Source: Callorhinchus milii
Lineage: Eukaryota
Length of the DNA: 64,000 nt
Assembly: GCF_018977255.1 (NCBI RefSeq)
Contig: NW_024704748.1
Span: 15,624,001 to 15,688,000, forward strand
Direction of reading: 5' to 3'
A program made the position numbers and the translations under genes. How positions within the stretch are numbered: position 1 is the stretch's first letter; each line of letters begins with the position of its first letter. Below, piece after piece: positions 1 to 11,613 of the stretch. The notes below the pieces were generated by a model. The model ran no database searches and had not been told where the DNA came from. It saw nothing but the letters and a program-made list of their open reading frames with translations.

Positions 1-13
1 ATATTGTATGAAA

Positions 14-206
14 GGTGTCCTGGCCAACAGTCGCTTAGATAAAAATGGACATTCACTTCATGGCTGTTTATAGGACAATGCTATCCACAAATTGTTTGCC
101 TACAAAATAAAGTCACTACACATTACAGTGAATCCTGTGAAGTACTTCAGACATCCTCTCAACACGCAGAATACTATATCAAATGCAAAGATGCTTACTA
201 TTGTTA
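14..206 (+). mobile_element. Old Deu-domain SINE (SacSINE1/AmnSINE1-like), 3' part, degenerate
   Basis: GGTGTCCTGGCCAA ... GCTGTTTATAGGACAATGCT ... GTCACTACACATTACAGT ... TATATCAAATGCAAAG followed by a TATT/TGTT tail; same order as the Deu domain + L2-like tail in other copies in the window. Confidence 0.7.
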
Positions 207-1595
207 TAAAAACAAAATCCACATTTTGAAATCTTTTGAGTTTATTGCTGTCGGGCTTTGGTGTGGGTATATTCAGAATTAAAAACAGTCAGACACACTG
301 GGATAATAATAGTGAAAAACTGAACGTATCAGATCTGTTTGTAATGTCCTAGTGAGCAACTAACCCATTGAGGGTATCAGCCTTATCACCTGATTTTCCC
401 AGGATTGGGGCTGAATTATCAAAACTGTGCATTGCAATAATTTGTCAGAGTGAAAAAAGACCCTAAACCAGACAAGATAGTTAATTGTCACTTCAATGGA
501 TGTACTCCTGATATGAAACTGCCTTCTAATGTTTGACAGGCTTGTTCCAATCAAACACTTGGGTTGTTGACTGAATATTGTATTCAGACGAGGACACTTC
601 TTGTTACATGTGATATGCTTTTAGGTGCTTAACAACCATGAAGAAGAGCCTGTATGGAATTGGTCTCTTCTTCGTGTTTCCTAAAGAGCAACCATCTGGT
701 GAGACAGTAGGTTAATTTGCTAACTGCTATGAGAGGCTCTCAAAGGGATTGTGTGATTCTGCTTGGTTTGGGGACAAGGACTCATATCTACACATGTATT
801 TCAAATGTTGCAAAATTCCAGACTTTAGCAAAAGTTCAAAATTAGTTGGCTTGTTATGAAATCAAAAGAAAAAATGTATGTGCATGAGCCAATGGTTTAG
901 ATAAGTGAATAATTACCACAATCCACAAGAGCCTAACTCCCCAAATTACCTATGTTATAGCATCCACACATGGATACAAACATCAACTGAAACTCTCTGA
1001 GAAACATCTTCACTGTAAAGGTAGCTCAGTTCTGACACGCTGACACTCCCCACTGAATTCAATATCAAAATGAATGATGGGATGTGAACATATATTTCAT
1101 CACTTTACATTGCTGTAATTGAGGGGTTTTGACAATCCCTAAGCATGTTCTTGTTTTGGTTTGTCAGAAGTCACTGGGGTCATCCTATTAATCAGCAACC
1201 ATCCCCCTCCAACCCATGTCTGTGTAAATGTTTCAGAGATTGATGGAATGGGGGTGGGGAGATATGGAGAGGACAACACACTGCTGAGCAAAAGGTAGTC
1301 TTCTGTGTGAAGGATGGATACTTTCTCAGTTGTGATCATTTACTAATACAGTAAGTGTTGGTTAGGACAAAGTACTTTTCACTGGATGAGTGCTGAATTA
1401 TTTGTTTAAATGAATAACATTATAATTAATTCCAAACTATAATAATCTTTTCATATAATTGATACAAGATTGAGGTCCTTCGAACTGTGAGGGTCCTTTG
1501 GCAACCCAATATTGAAGGTTGAAGATTCTGAGATAGCTACTCTGGTGACCTCAGAGCTCTACAATTATTTAAAAATTCAGAACCATTTACATGAA

Positions 1596-1674
1596 TAAAA
1601 CTTAAAGGCCGATGTTAAACACTAAAACCAGCTTCAGGCTGTCTTTAGTGTTTAACATCGGCCTTTAAGTTTTA
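1596..1674. repeat. Perfect 31-bp inverted repeat (hairpin)
   Basis: TAAAACTTAAAGGCCGATGTTAAACACTAAA (1596-1626) is the exact reverse complement of 1644-1674; the spacer also contains a CAGC/GCTG mini-stem. Confidence 0.95.
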
Positions 1675-4600
1675 AATTCATAAACTAGTAGTTCTACCAA
1701 TGCTATGTGATGGTAGGCTGCGAGGTTTTAGTTGGTTAAATCCAGCAATACCCTAATGTATTCTCTGGGGTCCCCAAGCCTCGACTCATGCCAATCTGCG
1801 TCTAAATTCATAGATATAAGGTAAGCAGGATGCATTCCTCCAGAGAGAGTGTGTGATCTCGATACTAGAGAAACAGACATACGTAGAACTCTCATTTGTT
1901 TGGATTGGAGACTCTTAAGCATGACGTTAGGTTAATGAATGCGTCAGATACTTGCCTGATCAAAAGCAAAAAAACTATGGAACCTTTGAAAGCATAACTA
2001 TGAGCCATGCTAATGTCACATGTAAGGAACACAAACAGTGTTTTTCTAAAGTGAATGACATCGACACAGAACAGATGGTGTGATCAGAACCTGTGTTTAT
2101 TAACACTTCGAAGTGTTGTTCAATACTAAGACTCACTGAACAGATTTCCTTTACTACTTCGTTAGGATTGTAGGACAAGGCTCAAAAATACCATTGCAGT
2201 CTCTGGTGATTCATCGTTAACTCAATTCATCTCTTTATCAAGATTCTATAGTCAACATTGCCCAAGCACATACAGTGCCACTTCCTTACCCCAGGAATGG
2301 GTAATGTTTGGTGTCTTTCATTTTTAGCAGGAAACAACCAAACACTCCAGAAAGTGAAATTCTAAACAGGCAATTGTATCATCTATAGAGTTTCAACCAA
2401 GAGTTGTTGAAATGCTACCACCATTGTCATTTCCCTCTCCTTCCCGACCTGTTGTACCGGTTTTTAAAAATGCAATGAGCAAAGTGAAAATGCAACACTA
2501 ATAATGAGTGATTCTCTGGGACAGAAGACTGCAATAAAAATGACAATAAAATGGCATCTCTTGTCAAAATAACTCAAAAGACGCAGATGAAGAAGTTCAT
2601 TTCAATTTATAGAAACATTTTGTAAGTCAAGTGATGAAAAACGATTAATTCTGGGAACAGAGTATTCAATGCCCAATTGATTTGTAAGAGGTAAGCGAAA
2701 AGATAATTCCCTTCTCTGGGAATAGGATAATATCATGTATCTACCTGTGACAATGTCTGAAATGAAAACTGCCCTGATTTATTGCCAATCTACTTGTTCA
2801 TTAATTGCCTATTTTTACCCTATAAAGAACATGTTTATTGGACCAGATAGCAACAGCGCAACAATTTATTTATGTTCCGTCCTTTGTGACTTAAAGGGTT
2901 TGGTACTATTTATTTTCCCAAAAGAGTGAAAGGAAAATTATTTTCAAAACCTGAGTTCAGTTGTGTTAAGTTCAGGAATCAGAAGTGAAAAAAAAGATTA
3001 TCAAATGTATTGTGAGCAGATGAGTTGCCTGTGAAACATCACATTGTATCTGCCACTCATATCATTACTCCATCGAATGCTCTAGATTTTCAACAGGAAC
3101 CGAAAGAGTTTGACAGCTTGAGCCGCATAAACTCAAGGATGTATTCCAGTTAGGTATGTGATTGGAAAGCTGACTGCGCATCAATCTTGTAGTGGCAGCC
3201 TATGTCAGAAGGATGTGAACAATTCAGAACTGCTTTGAAATTTCTCTTAACTCTTCCTCCCATCTCACCCAGTTACCCATTCCCAAGCCCGATTCCCCCT
3301 TCCAGAAAAAGTTGCTTGTTTCAGATCTCTGATCCTACTTGCGGCTTCACAGATGGAATTAGTTCATTTTTTACTAGTTGTTGGTATTTGCAGATAGGTA
3401 CAGGGCAGTCTATGCCCAGCCGAGAGGGGATTAACTCTTTCATCTGTCCCTTTTAACTATTACTTAGCTGCTGAACAGTCTGTTCCAAGAAGAGAATGTG
3501 ATTCTTTTATTTCACCATTCCCATTTACAGAGCTAAATCGATTCCTCATGAATGTACACATGGGCCAAGTGCTGTAAATTTACAAACAAACGGAGAATGA
3601 GATTTTAATCATCTCTCGCGTTTGTTAATTTATTGACCTCCAGAGAATAACCTATAATAAAAGCCCAACAAAGCAGTTTGAACACAGTATACTGATCAGA
3701 AGGGCTGAAAACCATCAGCTTTTAAACATGAGATCAGAAGCTCCCTTGAGATATCGGGCTCAATCTCCTGTCTGTGCTGAGTGAGCCATCAAGGTGACAG
3801 GAGGGGCACGATAATTAGTCTCAACATTTGGGGGTTGGATAATGGAAATCAGCCAGCACTCATTTGATGATAGCCAAGTGTACCAAGCCTGAAACCTTGT
3901 AAGATAATTCTTCCACTTCTCCTTCAATAGTTCATTTCGATCAACTGAAATAGTTATCGAACCTCTCTTTACTTGCAGCTGAGCCAGAGCCTGCTGCCTT
4001 GCATGTTGAAAGATAACATCAAGTATTTTAGGAAATTCATAAACTAATAGTTCTGTCGATGACTTTCCCAAACTGAGTATCAAATGAGGGTCAAGCAACC
4101 TTGAGCAAACAATCTGCTGCTTAATGCAAAGCATCTGCTGCTGTGGTTTTGAAGAGAATGCTGTAAAAGCTGGCCTACACCCAAGAAAGTAAGTATGCAT
4201 TTAGGTGAGAGAATTAATTTTCAAAGAGGGGTTTACAGGTTATGGTTTATGGTGGGTAGTGAGAGCAAAGAACATGAAAATGTATGTAACATTTCATATG
4301 CAGATGGTAATGAACTGAAGGGAGACAGATAAATCTGGACACTGATTAAGCAGCCTTGGAGATCAAAGCAGCACTGACTCAGACAGAGTCTTGAGGTGGT
4401 CTCCAGGAAACAATGGTAGCCTTGAGAGGGGGAAGCGATGATTGATCCGATGGAATTGTAGTGAGAGAAATGAGAGCAATCAAAACAAGCAATGCAGCAA
4501 AGATAAATCTTTAGCCTGGTTGCGATCCACATGGTTAGAGCAGTCATAGCTAGCACAGTACTGAATTTGCTAGGTCAGAAGACAATCTGGTCTGCTCAAT

Positions 4601-7600
4601 AATGTAAATTGAGACCCACTACCTATCTCAATTCAATTGCATTTATAGATCCTTTCACATGAGAAGGACATCCCAAAGTACTAAAGTGGAGTAACCGTGT
4701 GACTATGTGCTCTCTGGCTTACCCTGACAAGTGCTCATCCTTAACATACACATTATTGGGCCCAGAGAAAAGAACTACAGGTAAGTAATTTGCACCCTCC
4801 ATGTCAAAACATGCAAAATATTTTTCACTCCAAAATATGGAGAGGAAGAAATTCAGTGTCCTCTATAAATTGCTAAACAAAGCCTGTTCCAGAACTTCAC
4901 CAGATCTAAGGGTCATCAATCAATGCTTGCCCAATCCAATAGGCCTGAGATGCAATCACCATTGTGGGTCTCAAAAGTTTAGGTGGGCCTCTTATTAATC
5001 TGTCACAATATATATATATATATTAATTAATTACTTTCTGGAGTGGCCTATTCAACTAGGTAGGTTGGAATCTGTCAGGGAAAGTATGAAATGGATTTGA
5101 CTTGGCAAGAGAGTTCAATATATTGTGATCCAGCGACAGCTTGAGGGCAAAACTACTAGAAAAAATAAGTGAATGGCAAGGATAGGTTCAGAATGACACT
5201 GTACTCATTCTTATTTGACCATATAACCAGAGGGCTGAACAAAAATAGGAAAGAAGCCAAAGTCGTTTTTAAAAACGGGCAGAAATAGAGCCTTCTTAAA
5301 AAGTTTTTTAAAAGTGTCCACAAGGCGTAAGGAATCATTGTGCTTATGGTTGATTTCTGCCACTTGGAAAAGATTAACAAATCAGCAAAATAACAAGAAT
5401 TCATAGCATGGGGATCCTAAGTGTGAACCTACACCCTTACCACTCGGTGATGCACTGGAACTCTGACAGAATATTCCATTGTGCCACCAAATCAGTGCAA
5501 ACTCCATACACATAGAGGAAGGATGGTTCTTCTTTGTGTGGAATATTATTCTCCACATTCAGTACATTTACCACCCAGGATAAACATGACATTCTACCAT
5601 TGTAAGCCCACATTGTGATTGACAATAAATATACTCAGAAATGGTGACCAATGCCCAGAATAGTCCACTGGTGCAATGTCAACAGATAGAATTAAACACA
5701 AACATTTCGCCATTGGACCCTCACCGCCCACTGTGTAATGTCAGAGCTGAATTAACAGACTTTAGCTCTGTGAATGTAGAAAGTTTATGGCTTGTAAAAC
5801 TGAAATTCAAGAGAGGCAGGGAAAAAATAAATATTTCTCTTTAGTTAATAATACTCAGAGTATAATCCAACCAGAATACATTACAGGACAGAAATACACT
5901 GTCAGTCTCTCCCCCAAACAGGAACATCCAATAGATTTCTGCAGACACTCACCTAAGCATATGTTCGGCCTTTTTGGCAGCTCATTCCTTAATTTTATGT
6001 GCAAGCTATCAAAGTGTTATTCTGTGACATTTTTTAGACAGAACGAAACGTTGGATGAATAAACATTTCATTGGTAGCTTTTCCAAGTGTGCCATTCTCC
6101 GATAAATCATCAGAGCCTCCTGAAGCATTTAAGATAATTTTTCAGATTGCTGGAGCTGAATTATATTCCTCATCATGGAACCTGAAAGAAATTATTCCTG
6201 TGTGCTGCAGTACTTTAATATTTCAATATTGTATTGCCTAGTGAAAAGATCTGGTCTTCCTATTCAGGACACAGTTCTGATATTACATTTCATGTGCACT
6301 ACCAGGAGTGGGGAGGTTCCCAGTTGAGGCAAGGTAGTGCTAAATAAGGAGGTAAGGAAGATCAAACAACAATTCACCCTGGGATTCTATTAGACACTTC
6401 AGTGGCAGGCTTAAAAGCCCTTATTAAGTCTATGTTTCCAGGAATCTGCATGGCACTTAGAGGGTGGGGAAGAAAATAGGTATATGGAAAATTGCTTAAA
6501 AATATAAATATATATGGTTAACCCTATTTTTTCAAGTGTGTTGACTTCTGATAAATTATCTGTGACGTTTTAAACACTTCTACCCATTTTTACGAGTGGC
6601 TAATGCAATATATTACCCATGTCACGAGCCCCGCCAGATGTCTAGCTTGGCACTGATCAGCTATTTTTCACTGTCAGAAAGGCTGAATCTCAAAGCAGCA
6701 TCTCACGAATGTGACCACCACTATCTGCTAAGGACCACAAAACAAACTGACTGAACAATGCACCCGCAATGAACACTCCTGCCTCAAGCAGCTGATATCC
6801 TGGGCTTGTTTTAGAGGTCTTTCTCATAGAAGTCACCCAAGCTGGTTCATATTATATAAAAAATACTTCAACCTTAACGCCCCCAAAAAGTTCAGCAACA
6901 CTTTTTACAGGATTGAAATAAAATTATCAACTATATGAACTGTTTGCCAAAAACTTACCCAATTCTTCTTGTTACCCAATTCTTATATATAGCCCTTGTG
7001 TATATCTTGTATAGAGCCCACCAGCATACTGAATGGATGAATTTTGCTCGAAGAAGCTATTGCTAAAAGAAGTATCACATATATGGTTCTACGTGGTTTT
7101 ATAGATTTCAGTATACAGTGTGAAACTAATGTGTGGTTTTGAAATGAGTGAGACCAGGAGCCAGGAAAGTTCCACAGCATGCGCGTCAGGTGGTATTTGT
7201 GAGTGCGTAATAGCTTGTCAGTTCTTCGTATGGGTTTAACTTGGAGCATAGAATTAATTTTCTGGTTCTTGCCAAATGTTTTTTTTCTTAAGGCATGCGT
7301 GAGGGCAATTTAGGCAAAGCTACGGCTGTGCAGTCAAGATAGGAACTAACTCTACATGATCCTCATTTCTGCTTCATTCCAGTTTCATTAAATTCCAGCC
7401 AAGGCCTGAGAGAAATCCAGGCGTGATGCTGGGATTCTAAACAAACATTAAATTCAGATGGGTTACCAGAACATTACCATTTCATGTGTGTGGGATTCTG
7501 TGTTTGTGAGGGAAGAGATTTCAATAGCACTAATTCAGGGAGCTTTCTCATTCCAATCCTCTTCCAATGTGGGCCAAATCTCAGCCAAATGCAGCCAAAC

Positions 7601-7975
7601 CAAACCCAAATCTCTATTGTCCATCCCCATCAAGTCCAATACCATTCGTGATCCACATTCTGGCCTAGTACTTCTGCAGTCATTGGGAAAAAAATACAGC
7701 ATCCTGGAATGATAAAGTATGGGAATGTTTGTAGCTCCTCATTTTGCAATATTCTTTGTCTCAATGCTTAAAATTCAAGCAAATTCTACAAGTGAGTGAA
7801 TTGGAGATTGGATGCCAACTCTCCTGGAGTTTACAATTATAAAATCATAAGAAAGATCAGGGTTGAGAAGAATTACTCAGTTTATTAAAGTACTTGTATT
7901 GAGCTCAAACACACTAACTTCAAACTTGTCTTGAGTAACTCCACTGTTCACCTCAATATACCAGGCCACCTTCAG

Positions 7976-8799
7976 GAATATTATGCTCCTGAAGGTATTG
8001 ACACTTGGGACATAGACATTTTTTTTTCTCTTTGTGCTCACTGAACTAAGTCAAATAGTTGTTGGTTAGTTAATATCATGGGTCAGGTGTAGTTCAGTGA
8101 GTCTTGCTGTGTAAAGCATGACAGTGACTGCTATAGATAGTGTCATTAAGAAAAAAAGAAGCAAATTCCATCAATAGCAAAAATGTAAAAAAATATTATT
8201 CAATAAAGAAATATTTAAATAAAGAAATATTACTTAAAGAAACGGTGGTGTTGGGGTGGGGGTTGCAGTATTAAATGTGGAGTCTCCCTTGCCCCACTTT
8301 TCTTTGTGGGGAACATGTTGGCATGTTTACCGACTATTATATTACATGATATTTTAAAGCAAAAGAGTTGGGTTCAGTAATTCAAGATAAAGAGTATTGT
8401 TCATAATCAGACAAAATTGTTTGCTATTAAAACAAGTCCAGCAAAACCCATATTTCTCTATGTGTATGCTTTCTATTGTCAATACTGACCCCTCCAAAGA
8501 TTTAGGTAGCAGCAGAAATTTTATTCTTGCACATCATAATGACAGGGTTATGCAAACCCTTGTGAAAGTAAGGGAACATATGATCTAAAGCAATACATTG
8601 AAATTGTTCCGCCCCACAATCAAACATGTGTACTTTCCAAGCTCAATGTTAGTTTGTTTTAGATTTCACATTTGTTCAGTGAATATTATGCTCCTGAAGG
8701 TAATGGCACTAGGGACATGAACATTTTTGTTCCCTTTGTGTCCACTGAACCATGTCAAACATTTTCAGGTTAATTATATCATGGGTCGGGTGCAGTTCA
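7976..8799. repeat. Diverged ~120-bp direct repeat pair (7976-8096 and 8681-8799)
   Basis: Both copies start GAATATTATGCTCCTGAAGGTA and stay collinear through GGGACAT, CTTTGTG, CACTGAAC and ATATCATGGGTC to GTTCA. Confidence 0.9.
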
Positions 8800-9859
8800 C
8801 CATTCCCTCTTCGCTGCTCTGTCAATGTGTATTAATCATTGTGAATGAATGGCGTTATTCTGATTTGATTCAAATGAATACGAATCAGAAAACCTAAATT
8901 CAAAGTATCTGAGGATTTCTGTCTGCCTCATTTAACACTTTTCACAGGTTTCAAATTACTATGTTTCAGAACCAGAATCAAATATATTAAAATTGCTTGA
9001 ATTTATGTTCACAGACTGTGAAGGAAACAGGATTGATGGGCTGACTGATTTTCTTGTTCCTAAATTTAGAATTCAACTAAACTACCCTTCTAATTAACTC
9101 ATTTGGTTTGGAAATTTCACCAAATTTAGAGTAACTCTTCCTCCTGAGATGTGACATTTCTTTTTCTGTTTTCAAAGCCATTTTTAACCACATAAATTTA
9201 TGACGAAGGGTTGTCCTATGCAACAACAGATTGCATTTATATAGTTCCTTTCACAACGGGAGGACGTCCCAAGGCTCTGCCCAGTGAAAGGTTTGTATTA
9301 ATTCTAAATTAAGGGAAGGGTCCATTTATATACTTGCCACTAAGTTGATGTGAGTTCCGGCTCTCAGCCCATTGTGCAGCAGAGTCCTTTAATCTCTCTA
9401 TTTGAGCTGCCATTAAACCAGGTCTAACAGGTGAAATGCCAGTAGTTTAAAATTCTGTTCAACTGAGTTCCTATCAGAATATTCCTATTCCTAAAATATT
9501 TTGAATTTAAGGCTTGGCAGTGCCAATGTGCACCTATGACAAGACAGTGATATTAACTAAGAGAGGGAATACCTACCACATTAACTCCTGACTCACTGAT
9601 AACAGAGAAGACGGAAACTCAGTGAAATGGGAATAGTTAGTCACGAAAGATACCAGTGCACTGTTTGCAACAACCATATGATCTTTCTTGACATAGTTAA
9701 AGTACTTAAAATAGAGAAGATTGATTTCAGTACTGGGAAATGGGAGGAAGCCAAGAATGAGCAAAAACATTATATTTGCCAAGGCTTGAGTCATTCCCAA
9801 ATCAAGCAATTCCCCCCTCCAAAATAGTGCAATACAGGCAGTAAGAGCAAACACTTTAT

Positions 9860-10106
9860 TAAACGGTGCGCACTTAAAATAAAGGGGAGTTGCTAAGCAA
9901 CTAGTTGTTACAGGTCACCAAAGATAGGCTGAGGGGACCTGGCAGCTCTATGTACACGAGAATTGTACGATGAAATTCAAAATGTGTGGGCCGACTCTTT
10001 TGTACAGCACTCCACAGGCTTGCTGTTGCCTAGCGATGGAGATGACGTCCGCAGCTGAAGTTGGTGCTGAGGTTAACGCTGCATTTTAAAATTTAAGGAA
10101 GTAAGT
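9860..10106 (+). promoter_or_regulatory. Putative RFX (X-box)/CRE promoter-like element with downstream 5' splice site
   Basis: Palindromic GTTGCTAAGCAAC (9889-9901); GTTGCCTAGCGAT (10025-10037) followed closely by GATGACGTC (10041-10049); locally retained CpGs; GAA|GTAAGT donor at 10101. Confidence 0.45.
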
Positions 10107-10964
10107 CAGCTGCGTTCCTCCGCTCTCTACATAGAATGGTTGCTTTGCTGAAGAGGAAGTAAAAAAAATCTGTGTTTTGGTTCAATATCTGTGTGTTTCT
10201 TCTGTACTGTACGGATAGGGAAATACCAGCCTGTCAATTTTGGGCTGATTTAGAAATTAATATTCCAAAGTTCATAGCGGAAAACCCCATTACGTTTTTT
10301 TCCATCTTTTCTTTATTAGTGGGGAGGAAGTAAACGTTATTATTTTTAATTTTCCCCTCCATCAAATGCAGCCTATGGTTTCCACCACTTTCACAACAGT
10401 ACTGTACTGCCTATAATTTCCCCAAGACCGCACCCAATCAACAACACTTTCACTGTTAGTTTACTTTCCACGCAGGCTACTAAATCCATCACTCAAAATA
10501 TGGAGGGAAATTGTAAAAAATAATCTTTAAAATGGGATTAAACATCAATAATGGATCTGCACTGTATGACTGATTCCATTGTGTGTACAGTGAGTCAAGG
10601 ATAGTGAGGTGCCAAAGCACAAAGCGATAGCAAACATTTAATCAGCTTCAACATTCCCTACTCCAGAATCAAGCTTGGTTAATTAACCACTAGTGCATGA
10701 ATCAGAACAAGACATGCTTCTGTCTATTTTAAATAAATATTATCATTCTGCTTTTGTTTTCCCTGTTGACAGTCACAAAATGCACATTTGTTTCCAGGAA
10801 TTTAATTTAACTCCAATTTTTCCCCCGTTGATGATTTAAGAATTTTGGAATGCTTCTTGGAATGTCAATTCTTATATCTGTTATTTTTAGGAATTTGAAG
10901 TAAGGGGGTAAAAATGTGAAGTGTGACTGATGGTAAATATTACATCCACTAACATTGTGATCAA

Positions 10965-11137
10965 ATCAAATGATCATTATTGACTTGTATTAACTCATGG
11001 AAGGACATTTTGTGGGCATTTCACCCACAAAATATACAGTCAATTCACTTTACAGTATATTCTGTGAAGCACTTTGTGATGTCTCGAAGATGTGATAAGG
11101 CACTATATCAAATGCAAGGATTGTTATTATTATTATT
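10965..11137 (+). mobile_element. Deu-type SINE, 3' fragment
   Basis: CCCACAAAATATACAGTCAATTCACTTTACAGTATATTCTGTGAAGCAC ... TATATCAAATGCAAGGA(TTA)n tail. Confidence 0.9.
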
Positions 11138-11171
11138 CAAACACAATGCTCCACAATGGCTTCACAATGGG

Positions 11172-11613
11172 CAACAACATTGGTGGCTGCTATAAGCTTT
11201 GATCCAAACATAGCACCAAAGTCAAAAGAACTTTATTTCTTTGGTCAGTTACTAGTTACCGACTGGTCTGACCACAATTTTAATCGATGTGATAGTCATC
11301 ACCAATTTCATCCCAAGGTTTTCAATCAGACATTTCTTTATGTTTTGCTCTGTACAATGAACATTGCAGCTTTCTGTTCTAATAATCCTTACATCTGGTA
11401 TAACAACTTCCACACTGGGAGGATTTACATTTTGTCTGTGTTAATGGATAAGTATTGCCAATGGTAAATATTTACCTGTGGATGCTGTATATTTATCTTT
11501 TATCCTCTTGTTCTGTGATAAAACTATAACTAATAACTGGCCATAGAGATGAACTTCTTTTGACTTTAGCGCAACAGATGGATCAAAGATTATATCAGCC
11601 ACCAATGTTGTTG
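11172..11613. mobile_element. MITE-like non-autonomous DNA transposon with 87-bp terminal inverted repeats
   Basis: 11172-11258 aligns without gaps to the reverse complement of 11527-11613 (about 15 mismatches by eye, terminal 18 nt identical); non-coding interior; no clear TSD. Confidence 0.8.

Noticed and set aside
3097-3153. Plus-strand 57-nt exon candidate (EPKEFDSLSRINSRMYSS*)
   Set aside because: Acceptor and donor are present, but all frames contain a stop and there is no supporting neighbouring exon
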